64,000 bases of DNA from an uncultured Candidatus Binatia bacterium (GTDB taxonomy: Bacteria > Desulfobacterota > Binatia > Binatales > Binataceae), in the NCBI GenBank assembly GCA_964429575.1, contig CAYSCX010000012.1, positions 2,195-66,194 of the forward strand, in the 5' to 3' direction. The notes beneath the pieces are model-generated. The model ran no database searches, had not been told where the DNA came from, and saw nothing but the letters and a program-made list of their open reading frames with translations. Below are positions 37,394-46,983 of the stretch, piece after piece. The position numbers and the translations under genes are program-made. How positions within the stretch are numbered: the first letter of the stretch is position 1; each line of letters starts with the position of its first letter.

Positions 37394-38140
37394 GTGAAGG
37401 ACCTCGACGGCAGGGGCATCATCGTAACCGGCGCAACCCGCGGAATCGGACGGGGGATTGCGCTGGAGGTCGCGCGGCGCGGCGCGAACGTCGCATTCAA
37501 TTATCTCAAGAGCGACGAGCAGGCGGAGTCGCTCAAGGGCGAGCTGCAAGCACTGGGCGTCAAGGCGCTCGCATTCAAACTAGACGTCGGCGACCTGAAG
37601 TCCGTGCGCGAGATGGTGAACACTACGAAGAAGGAGTTTGGGCGGCTCGACGGGTTGGTGAACAACGCGGGGCTGACGCGCGACAAACTGTTCGTGATGA
37701 TGACGGAGGAAGACTGGGGCGAGGTCATTAAAACCAACCTGACCGGCGCGTTCAACGTCGCGCGCGCGGCCGTGTTCATCATGATGAAGGCGAAGCGCGG
37801 ATCGATACTGAACATCACGTCAGTGAGCGGGCTGGTCGGGATGGCGGGGCAGGTGAACTACTCCGCGTCGAAGGCAGGGTTGGTCGGGCTGACCAAGGCG
37901 CTCGCGAAGGAGACCGGGCGGCTCGGCGTGCGCGTCAATGCGCTCGCGCTGGGATTCATCGAGACGGACATGACGGCATCGCTGCCCGCGGAGAACCGTT
38001 CGATGGCGCTCGCGATGATTCCGCTGGCGCGATTCGGGAAGGTCGAGGAAGTGGCGCCGGTCGCGGCGTTCATGCTGTCGGATGCCGCGTCGTACATCAC
38101 GGGCGCGGTGATTCACGTGGACGGCGGCCTCGCGATGTAG
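37394..38140 (+). CDS. fabG: 3-oxoacyl-[ACP] reductase-like SDR
   Basis: TGATRGIGRGIA, NNAG and YSASKAG catalytic motifs. 248 aa. GTG start. Confidence 0.8.
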   Translation: MKDLDGRGIIVTGATRGIGRGIALEVARRGANVAFNYLKSDEQAESLKGELQALGVKALAFKLDVGDLKSVREMVNTTKKEFGRLDGLVNNAGLTRDKLFVMMTEEDWGEVIKTNLTGAFNVARAAVFIMMKAKRGSILNITSVSGLVGMAGQVNYSASKAGLVGLTKALAKETGRLGVRVNALALGFIETDMTASLPAENRSMALAMIPLARFGKVEEVAPVAAFMLSDAASYITGAVIHVDGGLAM

Positions 38141-38189
38141 GAGGGGACCAGCGGGCAGTTGTGCGAGTGTGCGCCGACCCTCACCCTAG

Positions 38190-38211
38190 CCCTCTCCCCC
38201 AGGGAGAGGGG
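38190..38211. terminator. GC-rich hairpin between convergent fabG-like and lytic transglycosylase genes
   Basis: ccctctccc-ccag-ggagagggg, followed by a second gggagagggga copy. Confidence 0.3.
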
Positions 38212-38241
38212 ACAGAGCAGAGGGAGAGGGGACGGACAGGG

Positions 38242-40257
38242 TCAGTCGTTCACGTTGGTGCTCCATTGCGCGGCGCAGGCGAGGAGGTCAAGCGATTGCC
38301 CGTCGCGCAGCGCGCGATACTTTTTCCAAAAGGCCGTATCAACGTTGCGCGAACGGCCCGGCTTGAATCCGCGCCAGCGATCGTGCGCATCGGGACCGCC
38401 GTTGTACGCGGCATATGCCGATCGCGCGAGGCCATCGAGGTCGCGCACTGACCCGCCGCGCTTTTCGATCGCGTAGCGCAACATTCGCATCAGAATCTCG
38501 GCGCCTGCGCCAGTGTTGTAGAGCATGTCCCATTTGAGCGAGTCGAGCTTGTAGAGGCCGCGCCACACGTACTTGTTGACCTGCATGATGCCGATGTCGC
38601 CGGTTGATGATTCCAGCCAGTGCACCGTATCGCCCACGCGCACGAACTGGCGCCAGCAACTCTCTTGCCACGCGGTACTCTTCACCAGTACCACGAACAT
38701 CGCGTCGGGCGGCGCGTTGCGCGGCTGCGCATCAAGCACGTTGCGCGCCGAAAACTCCAGGAGTTGCCTGACCGAGGCCTCGTAGTCCTCGACGTTGTCC
38801 TGATTCACGATGACGAGTCTGAGCTTTTGCGCAAGCGTTTTCGCACGGGCATCAGAGGGAGTTGTAGCCGGTGTCAGCGTCGCTGCGTAAACCTCGCACG
38901 GCGCGACCGCATCAAGAATTCGGTCGAGCAGCGAGACAGGCGAGGGCGCTGACGAAGGTGTCGCGCCAGGAATCGGCGACGGAGGGGGCGCCGGCTCGAC
39001 GCCGTCGCCGGTGGTTCCCTCGGCAGCGGCGTCGCTCGCCGCAGGCTCGGGCACCTTGAAGATGTCCCGCAGCTCCGGGTCCACTTCGAAGTTGTAGTCG
39101 AGCGGGTCACCGGTTGCTTTGGGAGCCATGATTCGCGCGAGCCGGCGCAGATCGTCGGCGGAGATGCGCATACCCAGCGCCGGCGCAGCCTCATCGAGCG
39201 CGAACAGCGCGTCGCCTGCCGAGATGAACGAGAGAAACTCGAGCGAGCGCGAGCCCAACTGGCCGCGCCGTGCGGCCGCGCGAATCGCGTCGCGAAGCTG
39301 CTTCCAATTGTCGAGAAACAGGAGCCGCACCGGGTCGCTGTCCGCGTCGCGAGCCGGGTGAGCCAATGCTGCGACGAGGCGGAAGCGGCTGTCCAGCAGA
39401 ATCGCAAGGAGTTGTTCGCGGAACTTCTGGTCGCCCACCGCGGCGCCAACTTGCTTGACCGCAAACACCAGGAACGCATCCCACTGGCGCAGCACCTTGT
39501 CGAACGCTGCGAGCTCCGCAGGCGTGAGCGCTCCCGGTGTCGGTGTCGCGCTGGGCGATGGAAACTCGGGCACGGAGATGATGAGCGTCACGCGAAGGCC
39601 ATCCTCGACGGGAGTGACCTGGGGATCCGCGCGAAGGGTGTCGACGGCGCGGCGGACGCGCTCGGCGGCCACTGGCGGTGATGCGCTTGCGGCCAGTTCC
39701 GCCAACTCGTGCACACCCGGCCTCAAGTCGTACGAGAACGTGTCGAGCCGCGGGATTAGCTGCTGCTTGATCAGGTCGAAGCCGCGGCCGACGAGCAAGG
39801 TCTTTTGATGCTCGCGATTGTAGAGGTTGAGGTCGGTGACGCGAAGCCGAAGCGCGAGATTCGAGTCGATGTAGGCGGTGGCGTCGGATTCGGCAATGCC
39901 GCTCCATTCGATGGGGTTGACGCAGCGCTCGCCAACTCTGAGACCGAGGCTCAGATTCGCGTCGGTGTTGAGGCGCAGCTTGTCGTCGGCGCCGGAAAAC
40001 CGCGGATGCTCGGCGTTCAGGAACTGGCACTCGTCGGCGCCCTGCCAAAGCTCGGCGCGCTCATTGGCGCCGGTGTACACCTGGCGGGCGAGCCCCGCGT
40101 CGAGCGTTACGTAGTCGATGGTGAGCGGGATCTTCACTTCACCGGCGTCAGCATGCGAGATGAATGCGAGCAGCATCAGGAGGACGTACACGCTCGCGCG
40201 GAGCCGCCCTCGGAACAGTCGAATGGCGTTGGTGGTGATTGAGCGGCGGGGGAACAT
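38242..40257 (-). CDS. lytic transglycosylase domain protein (SLT C-terminal domain) with a large N-terminal domain and signal peptide
   Basis: C-terminal AWQESCWRQF...GDIGIMQVN...YNTGAGAEIL...AYAAYNGGP SLT motifs. 671 aa. Confidence 0.8.
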   Translation of the reverse strand: MFPRRSITTNAIRLFRGRLRASVYVLLMLLAFISHADAGEVKIPLTIDYVTLDAGLARQVYTGANERAELWQGADECQFLNAEHPRFSGADDKLRLNTDANLSLGLRVGERCVNPIEWSGIAESDATAYIDSNLALRLRVTDLNLYNREHQKTLLVGRGFDLIKQQLIPRLDTFSYDLRPGVHELAELAASASPPVAAERVRRAVDTLRADPQVTPVEDGLRVTLIISVPEFPSPSATPTPGALTPAELAAFDKVLRQWDAFLVFAVKQVGAAVGDQKFREQLLAILLDSRFRLVAALAHPARDADSDPVRLLFLDNWKQLRDAIRAAARRGQLGSRSLEFLSFISAGDALFALDEAAPALGMRISADDLRRLARIMAPKATGDPLDYNFEVDPELRDIFKVPEPAASDAAAEGTTGDGVEPAPPPSPIPGATPSSAPSPVSLLDRILDAVAPCEVYAATLTPATTPSDARAKTLAQKLRLVIVNQDNVEDYEASVRQLLEFSARNVLDAQPRNAPPDAMFVVLVKSTAWQESCWRQFVRVGDTVHWLESSTGDIGIMQVNKYVWRGLYKLDSLKWDMLYNTGAGAEILMRMLRYAIEKRGGSVRDLDGLARSAYAAYNGGPDAHDRWRGFKPGRSRNVDTAFWKKYRALRDGQSLDLLACAAQWSTNVND

Positions 40258-40522
40258 GCGGAGTAAGGATGCCTGATTGTGGCGTGGTGGGCCGCGAATT
40301 CAACCGTCGGCCGATCCTGGCGCGCGGCGGGAAGAAGAATCCACAGGCGCATTCAAGCACTTTGTAGCGCGCCCGCGATATTCCGCAGCGGTGCATAGAC
40401 AATCTTGGCCGCCCGAAGCTGACCGCGAGGCGGGCGCAGACGCGGCCGATCGTTGTGAATCGGCAAGCCAAACTTGCAAGGGTGGTCCGCGCCTCGGATA
40501 ATTGCTGCGAGGGTGTTGCCTG

Positions 40523-41038
40523 ATGCGTACCGATCGGCAGGACAACTTTTACGAGGCCGAGCCTCCGCAGGCATCGCGCGAGCTGAACGAGCTGCGCAAC
40601 TCGCCCGACTACGAGGCGCCATTCGAAGTCGTGCGCCGGCGCGTTATTGACGATTACTACGAAGGCAAGATGACGATCGATGCGACGGTCGTCATCAAGG
40701 TCGGCACTGTCGAGGAGACCGAAGCGGCGCGCGGAGTCGGCGTGGTTCACGCTCTAGACGTCGCGTTGCGCAAGGCGTTGCTCAAGTACTTCCCGTACCT
40801 CGAGGCAGTCACCGTTTCCGAGACGTACACGCACGCGACGGGCGGTTCGACCGAGGCCGAGGTCGTGTCGGTGAAGAAGTTCACCGACGGCGAGGTAAAC
40901 TGGACCACCTTCGCGAGGTCCGCAAACACGGTCGAAGCCGGTTGGAAATCGCTGCTCGACGGTTACGAGTGGCGGATCAATATGGAAAACCTGAAGCTTC
41001 GCCGCGTCAACGCGAACCCGCGAATCTCACAGCGATAA
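40523..41038 (+). CDS. stand-alone LeuA-type allosteric (dimerisation/regulatory) domain protein
   Basis: GVGVVHALDVALRKAL...TGGSTEAEVVSVKKFTDGEV...ANTVEAGWKSLLDGYE resembles the C-terminal regulatory domain of 2-isopropylmalate/citramalate synthases. No catalytic TIM barrel is present. Confidence 0.5.
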   Translation: MRTDRQDNFYEAEPPQASRELNELRNSPDYEAPFEVVRRRVIDDYYEGKMTIDATVVIKVGTVEETEAARGVGVVHALDVALRKALLKYFPYLEAVTVSETYTHATGGSTEAEVVSVKKFTDGEVNWTTFARSANTVEAGWKSLLDGYEWRINMENLKLRRVNANPRISQR

Positions 41039-41041
41039 GCC

Positions 41042-41476
41042 ATGGCGGTCGCCAAGCACAAACCTGAACTGAGCGATGGGCGTGCTGACCCCGGCACACT
41101 TGCGATTTTGTATGACGGCTCGTGCGACATGTGCCGCGCGAGCGTGCAGGCCATCGAGCATTTCGACAACTCCGGCCGCGTCGAGGCGTTCGACCTGCAC
41201 GACGCCGGCGCGCGTGCGAGATTCCCTGACTTGGAGCTCGACGACCTGCTCGAAGAGCTTCACGCGATCGACGAGTACGGACGCGTGTTCCGCGGCGCGC
41301 GCGCAATCAATGAGATCCTGCGCCGGCAGCGCGGGCTCAAGGGCTGGCTCGCGTACCTGTGGTACGTGCCCGGCTATCCGTGGTTCGCGGATCGCCAGTA
41401 CAAGCGCATCGCGGCGACGCGTTATCAGCGCGATTCCGAAGGCCGGCTCAAGTCGGTCACCGCCTGTCAGCACTAG
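41042..41476 (+). CDS. DCC-family thiol-disulfide oxidoreductase (DUF393)
   Basis: LAILYDGSCDMCRASV motif. 144 aa. The start is 4 nt after the upstream stop. Confidence 0.7.
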   Translation: MAVAKHKPELSDGRADPGTLAILYDGSCDMCRASVQAIEHFDNSGRVEAFDLHDAGARARFPDLELDDLLEELHAIDEYGRVFRGARAINEILRRQRGLKGWLAYLWYVPGYPWFADRQYKRIAATRYQRDSEGRLKSVTACQH

Positions 41477-41556
41477 TCGCTGCGTCTGCGGCGGCAGCGC
41501 GACGCGCCCGTCGTTCACCTTACTTGTTAGCGATTCCACGCGCAGGATAAGCTTGG

Positions 41557-42996
41557 ATGCTCGCCCAAGTGAAGCCGTTTCACATCTTTAATTCGCTCTC
41601 CCGCAGCGTCGAGGAGTTTCATCCGATCGCACCGCCGCGCGTATCGCTTTACGCGTGCGGGCCGACAGTTTACCTGCCGCAACATCTGGGAAACCTCCGT
41701 ACGTATCTGAACTGGGACTTTCTGCGCCGCGCGCTCGAACTGGGCGGCTTCAAAGTTCAACACGTTATGAACGTGACGGACGTCGGCCACCTGACGTCGG
41801 ACGGAGATGCCGGCGAGGACAAGATCGAAAAGACCGCGCGCGCCGAGGGCATCGAGCCCATCGAGGTCGCGAACAAGTACCTTGCGCAGTTCAAGCGCGA
41901 CTGCTCCGCGCTCAACATCGAGCCGCCGCACGTCTGGTGCCGCGCGACCGAGCACATCGCCGACATGATCGCGCTAATCGAGCGGATCATCGCGGCAGGG
42001 CACGCCTACCTGGCGCAAAGCGGCGTGTATTTCGACGTCGAGAAGTGGCGGGGACCTACCGGCGCGGGATGTCTCTCGCGTCAGAGGCTCGAGGAACAGT
42101 TCGCGGGCCAGCGGCTCGAGCATTCGTCGGACAAGCGAAGTCCGCATGATTTCGCGCTGTGGGTGCTCAATCAGCCGAATCACCTGATGCAGTGGCACAG
42201 TCCGTGGGGACGCGGCTATCCGGGCTGGCACATCGAGTGCTCGGCGATGTCGATGCGCTACCTCGGCGAGACGATCGACATCCACACCGGCGGACTCGAC
42301 CACATACCGGTTCATCACGAGAACGAGATCGAGCAATCCGAGAGCGCGACCGGCAAGCCGTTCGTGCGATACTTCGTCCACAGCGCGTTCCTGGTCGGAA
42401 AGGCCGGTACGAAAATCTCGAAGAGCGCGGGGTCGTTTCCTCTGCTCGACGAGCTCGCACCGGCGGGATTCGACCCGCTGACTTTTCGGCTCTTCTGCTT
42501 GGGCGCCAAGTACCGCTCCGAGCTGATGTTCAACGACGAGGGGCTTCATGCGGCGCAACAGAACCTGGAGTACTTTCGGGAGTTCGCGCGCAACTCCGCG
42601 GATGAAGCTCTCAACGGCGGCGATGACTCGGCGTGGGCGGCGGAATTCCGCGCGAAGTTCGAAGAGGCGCTGTTCAATGACCTGAACACGCCGCAGGCGC
42701 TCGCGGCGGCTTTGGAACTTGTCGCGGAGTCATACCGGCGCAAAGACCAGCAAGTCTGGGGCGCGTTGCGCGCGGTCGATTCGGTGCTCGCGCTCGATCT
42801 CGAGCAGACTGCGCGCGTATCTCGCAAAACCGAGTTTCCGCCCGAGGCTGCAAGCCTGATCGCAGCGCGTACCGCCGCGCGCAAATCACGTGATTTCAAA
42901 CGCGCCGACGAGCTACGTGCGCAGCTGGAAGCGCTGGGCTACGAGGTGAAGGACAACCGCGATGGAACGGCAACCTACCAAAGGCGCCAATCGTGA
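41557..42996 (+). CDS. cysS: cysteine--tRNA ligase
   Basis: IFNSLSRSVEEF, YACGPTVY, a variant HLGN in place of HIGH, WHIECSAM zinc site, KISKS, and the C-terminal FNDLNTPQALAA anticodon-binding motif. Confidence 0.9.
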   Translation: MLAQVKPFHIFNSLSRSVEEFHPIAPPRVSLYACGPTVYLPQHLGNLRTYLNWDFLRRALELGGFKVQHVMNVTDVGHLTSDGDAGEDKIEKTARAEGIEPIEVANKYLAQFKRDCSALNIEPPHVWCRATEHIADMIALIERIIAAGHAYLAQSGVYFDVEKWRGPTGAGCLSRQRLEEQFAGQRLEHSSDKRSPHDFALWVLNQPNHLMQWHSPWGRGYPGWHIECSAMSMRYLGETIDIHTGGLDHIPVHHENEIEQSESATGKPFVRYFVHSAFLVGKAGTKISKSAGSFPLLDELAPAGFDPLTFRLFCLGAKYRSELMFNDEGLHAAQQNLEYFREFARNSADEALNGGDDSAWAAEFRAKFEEALFNDLNTPQALAAALELVAESYRRKDQQVWGALRAVDSVLALDLEQTARVSRKTEFPPEAASLIAARTAARKSRDFKRADELRAQLEALGYEVKDNRDGTATYQRRQS

Positions 42997-43031
42997 GCCG
43001 CGCGGACGCGAGTTTTTCGCATCACCGCGCC

Positions 43032-43061
43032 TTGAACCGAAAGGCTTGGCTCTCTTACAAT
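43032..43061 (+). promoter_or_regulatory. candidate sigma70 promoter (TTGAAC-N18-TACAAT) about 40 nt upstream of the AAA+ ATPase gene
   Basis: Sequence inspection: cTTGAACcgaaaggcttggctctctTACAATc. Confidence 0.4.
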
Positions 43062-43100
43062 CGCCGACTGGCCGAGGTCTTGTCCGCAGCAAGGTAAAGA

Positions 43101-43967
43101 ATGGGTATTGAGCTAAAGAAATACGACACGCGCATCCAGGGTGCGCAGCCAGAGGTTCGCCGGCTGGACCCGCGTGCCGCGCCCTACTATCTGCCGATCT
43201 CGGACGAGGTGGAGATCTTCACCGCGGCGTACAAGGCGCGGCTGCCCGTGCTGCTCAAAGGGCCGACCGGATGCGGCAAGACGCGGTTCGTCGAGCACAT
43301 GGCGCACAAGCTCTCGGAGATGCCCGACGGTCCGAACGAACTAATCACGGTCGCCTGCCACGAGGATCTGACCGGCAGCGACCTGGTGGGCCGCTACCTG
43401 ATTCAGGCCGACGAGACGGTATGGATTGACGGGCCGCTCACCCAGGCGGTGCGGCGCGGCGCGATCTGCTACCTCGACGAGGTGGTCGAGGCGCGCAAGG
43501 ATACCACCGTCCTGATCCATCCGCTGTCCGACCATCGGCGCATGCTGCCGATTGAAAAGCGCGGCGAGACGCTCGAGGCGCACATCGGATTTCTGCTCGT
43601 CATCTCGTACAACCCCGGCTACCAGAGCATCCAGAAAAACCTGAAGCATTCGACGCGCCAGCGCTTCGTGACGATCGAGTTCAACTACCCGCCGGCCGAC
43701 AAAGAAGTGGAGATCATCGCGCACGAGGCCGGCGTGGACAATGACATGGCGATGCAACTCGCGCTGTTGGGTGAGAAGGTGCGCAACCTTAAGGCGTCCG
43801 GGCTGGAAGAGGGCGTCTCGACACGGTTGCTGATTTACGCGGGCGAACTCATGACGCACGGAATCAAGCCTCGCCGCGCTGCGACTGTCGCGGTGACGTG
43901 GTCGTTGACCGATGAGAGCGACAGCAAGCGCGCGATCGATGAAGTCGTGAAGGCGATCTTCCCGTAA
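43101..43967 (+). CDS. MoxR-like AAA+ ATPase (CbbQ/NirQ/NorQ/GvpN family)
   Basis: [12 protein letters not shown] Walker A, AICYLDEV Walker B. 288 aa. No adjacent VWA partner. Confidence 0.8.
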   Translation: MGIELKKYDTRIQGAQPEVRRLDPRAAPYYLPISDEVEIFTAAYKARLPVLLKGPTGCGKTRFVEHMAHKLSEMPDGPNELITVACHEDLTGSDLVGRYLIQADETVWIDGPLTQAVRRGAICYLDEVVEARKDTTVLIHPLSDHRRMLPIEKRGETLEAHIGFLLVISYNPGYQSIQKNLKHSTRQRFVTIEFNYPPADKEVEIIAHEAGVDNDMAMQLALLGEKVRNLKASGLEEGVSTRLLIYAGELMTHGIKPRRAATVAVTWSLTDESDSKRAIDEVVKAIFP

Positions 43968-44030
43968 CCGGGAACAATTGGCGCGCGCCCGGGCGCGCGT
44001 CGGCAGGCTCTGGGTCGAGCGAGGACACAA

Positions 44031-45056
44031 ATGAGCATGATTCTCCGGCGCACGAAACTGCTGGCGGTGTTCGCAGCTGCGTCAACGCTGCTCTTGGCGG
44101 GCGCGCGCGGCGCCGCGAACGCGCAGGTGCAGGAGGGTCCGCGTCTCGACTTTCCGGCGGGCCTCGCAACGGACGGGTACGCACTCTACGTTGCGAGCGG
44201 GCGCAACAATACGATCGGGCGAATTGATCTGTCGTCTCGTACGTTGTCGATCGCCGCGGGGCAGACGTTCAAGGAGGGGAGTAACGACGGCACCGGCGCC
44301 TCTGCGCTGTTTGCAAGCCCGTCGGGCATGGTGATCGTCGGCGGCGATCTTTACATCGTCGACACCAAAAACTCCGACATCCGCAAGATGAACCTGGCGA
44401 GCAAAGTGGTCACGACGGTCGCAGGCACCGCGAACATCTCCGGCGGGCAGGACGGCAAAGGACCGGTCGCGCATTTCAACCTGCCGTCGCAAATCACCAG
44501 CGACGGCGCTGGAATGCTCTACATTTCCGACACGTATAACAACACGGTCCGAAGTTTTCAGTTGTCGGACGGCATGGTGAAGACCATCGGCGGGCAATCG
44601 GGAGTCGATGGCAAGGTTGAGGGGCCGGCGACGGAGTCGAAATTCAGCTTGCCGACCGGAATCGCGACCGACGGCAGGGCGGTTTACGTCGCGGACACCG
44701 GCAACAACGTGATTCGCAAGATAGAGCTTCCGTCGCTGCAGGCAACCACGATTGCCGGCACGGGCGAGGAGGGTCGTCAGGACGGCCCTGGCGCGCAGGC
44801 GCAGTTCGCAAGCCCGAAGGCGCTGGTGATCACCGGGACGACGCTATACATCCTCGATGCGGACAATCACTCGGTGCGCAAGCTCGACACCACGACCAAC
44901 CAAGTGAGCACGCTGACTCATCTGACGGGGCACCTCGGGTCGGGGGCCGCGCTCAGCTCCGACAAGCACTGGCTCTACGTCTCGGACACCACCGAGAACT
45001 CCGTGCAGCAAGTCGATACCACCAACGGGAACTTCACGGCGCTCTACCCGCCCTGA
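44031..45056 (+). CDS. NHL-repeat beta-propeller protein with signal peptide
   Basis: Six repeats of the form LY(V/I)(A/S)DTxNNxIRK(I/M)...T(I/V)AG. Confidence 0.75.
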   Translation: MSMILRRTKLLAVFAAASTLLLAGARGAANAQVQEGPRLDFPAGLATDGYALYVASGRNNTIGRIDLSSRTLSIAAGQTFKEGSNDGTGASALFASPSGMVIVGGDLYIVDTKNSDIRKMNLASKVVTTVAGTANISGGQDGKGPVAHFNLPSQITSDGAGMLYISDTYNNTVRSFQLSDGMVKTIGGQSGVDGKVEGPATESKFSLPTGIATDGRAVYVADTGNNVIRKIELPSLQATTIAGTGEEGRQDGPGAQAQFASPKALVITGTTLYILDADNHSVRKLDTTTNQVSTLTHLTGHLGSGAALSSDKHWLYVSDTTENSVQQVDTTNGNFTALYPP

Positions 45057-46127
45057 TTGCGGGGACGCACGACGCAGCGGTTGATCGATCTTCGCAGCGA
45101 TACCGTTACCCTGCCGACGCCCGAGATGCGTGAGGCCATCGCGCGCGCCGATTTGGGCGACGACGTGTATGGCGAAGATCCGACCGTCAACCGGCTCGAG
45201 CAGATGGCCGCCGCGCTGATGGGTAAGGAAGCCTCGGCGCTGGTGCCGAGCGGCACCATGGGGAACCTCGCGGCGATTCTCACGCACTGTCCGCGCGGCG
45301 CCAAGGCGATCGTCGGCGACCAGTCGCATACGAACCTCTACGAAGCCGGTGGCGCATCAGCGCTCGGCGGCGTCGTACTGACTGCGGTGCGCAACACCGA
45401 AGACGGCGGGTTGGACCTCGAAGATTTGGAACGCGAGCTGTCGACGCCGCCCGACGAGCACTTCGCCCAAGCGGGACTGGTCGTGCTCGAAAACACCCAC
45501 AACCGTTGCGGCGGGTCGCCGGTTGCGCTCTCGCACATGGCGGAAGTCTCGGAGCTTGCGCGGCGGCGGTCGTTGCCGGTGCATCTCGATGGCGCGCGGA
45601 TCTTCAATGCGGCGCTCGTGTTGGAAACTACGGCGCGCGAAATCGCGTCGCACGCGGACACAGTTTCGTTTTGCCTTTCGAAAGGACTCGCATGTCCGGT
45701 CGGGTCGCTCCTGTGTGGGAGCCGCGATTTCATTCGGCGAGCGCGGCGAGCGCGCAAACTGCTGGGCGGAGGAATGCGGCAGGCGGGAGTGTTCGCAGCG
45801 GCGGGAATCGTCGCGCTCGATACGATGATCGATCGCCTTGCCGAGGATCATCAAAATGCCCGCGCGCTCGCCGAAGGCTTTGCGCTCGTTGCAGGCATCA
45901 ACGTGCGTCCCGTGAAGCGGCGCACCAATATGGTGGTGTTCGAGATAGACGGCGAAGCGGCCGGCGCGCGCAAGTTTCAGGCCGCGATGAAGGAACAAGG
46001 CGTCCTGATCTCGGCGCGCGATGCGACCTCATTTCGCGCCGTCACGCATTACGGCATCAGCCGCGCGCAGGTAGATCGCGCGGTCGCGGCGGCGGCGCAG
46101 GCGGCGGCCGCCGCGCTCGGCGACTGA
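45057..46127 (+). CDS. ltaE: low-specificity L-threonine aldolase (PLP-dependent)
   Basis: IDLRSDTVTLPT N-terminus, and the PLP-lysine region SFCLSKGLACPVGS. TTG start; the exact start is uncertain. Confidence 0.75.
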   Translation: MRGRTTQRLIDLRSDTVTLPTPEMREAIARADLGDDVYGEDPTVNRLEQMAAALMGKEASALVPSGTMGNLAAILTHCPRGAKAIVGDQSHTNLYEAGGASALGGVVLTAVRNTEDGGLDLEDLERELSTPPDEHFAQAGLVVLENTHNRCGGSPVALSHMAEVSELARRRSLPVHLDGARIFNAALVLETTAREIASHADTVSFCLSKGLACPVGSLLCGSRDFIRRARRARKLLGGGMRQAGVFAAAGIVALDTMIDRLAEDHQNARALAEGFALVAGINVRPVKRRTNMVVFEIDGEAAGARKFQAAMKEQGVLISARDATSFRAVTHYGISRAQVDRAVAAAAQAAAAALGD

Positions 46128-46140
46128 CAGCAAGGTACAA

Positions 46141-46923
46141 ATGGATTCGCTCGAGGCGCTCTTCTCGCTCAAGGGGCACGTCGGGTTCGTGACGGGCGCC
46201 TCTTCGGGGCTCGGCTTCGAATGCGCGAAAGCGTTGGCGATCGCGGGCGCGGACGTCGCGCTGGTCGCGCGCCGCGGCGACCAGGTGAAGAAGCTGGCAA
46301 GCGAGCTGTCACGCGAGCACGGGACTAAAACGATCGGCGTCGGCGCGGACATCACGGTCGAAGCCGACCTCGAGCGCTCACTAATCGAAGCCACGCGCGC
46401 GTTGGGTGAGATCGACATCCTGGTGAACAATGCGGGGGTGTCGCCGACCGGCCGCGCAGAGACATTCAAGCGCGAGCAATGGGATCAGGCTTTGGCGGTG
46501 AATCTGACGGCGCCGATGGTGCTCTCGCAGCACGTCGCGCGCAGACTCATCGAGCTGAAGCGTCCCGGGCGCATCATCAACATGGTCTCGATCTATGCCA
46601 CTGTCGCAAGCTCCGTGTACCGGCTTTCCGCATACACCGCGACCAAGGCGGCGCTCGCGAACTTGACGCGTCAGCTCGCCGTCGAGTGGGCGCCGCATGG
46701 CATTCTAGTGAATGCGCTTGCGCCGGGATGGATTCCGACCGAGGCGACCGAAGGCGGAATTTCGAAGCCGGCCAATCGTGCGCGTATGGAAGCAGCGACG
46801 CCGCTCGGCAGGCTCGGGCGCCCCGAAGAGATTCGCGGCGCGGTGATCTTTCTCGCGAGTCCGGCGGCCAGCTACGTTACCGGCTCGGTGCTTGCGGTGG
46901 ACGGCGGCTACACCGCGTGGTGA
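46141..46923 (+). CDS. SDR-family oxidoreductase
   Basis: VTGASSGLGFECA, NNAG, YTATKAA. Confidence 0.8.
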   Translation: MDSLEALFSLKGHVGFVTGASSGLGFECAKALAIAGADVALVARRGDQVKKLASELSREHGTKTIGVGADITVEADLERSLIEATRALGEIDILVNNAGVSPTGRAETFKREQWDQALAVNLTAPMVLSQHVARRLIELKRPGRIINMVSIYATVASSVYRLSAYTATKAALANLTRQLAVEWAPHGILVNALAPGWIPTEATEGGISKPANRARMEAATPLGRLGRPEEIRGAVIFLASPAASYVTGSVLAVDGGYTAW

Positions 46924-46983
46924 AGCGCGGCTGGGCGCCCGCGGGCGCCGCCGGGTTGAGGGAGGGGAGGTCGGATATCGCAG

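Noticed and set aside
38874-40048. ORFs 38874..39479 minus and 39191..40048 minus overlapping the lytic transglycosylase gene
   Set aside because: They are in different frames of the same strand as the real gene. Their composition is Arg/Pro/Ser-rich.
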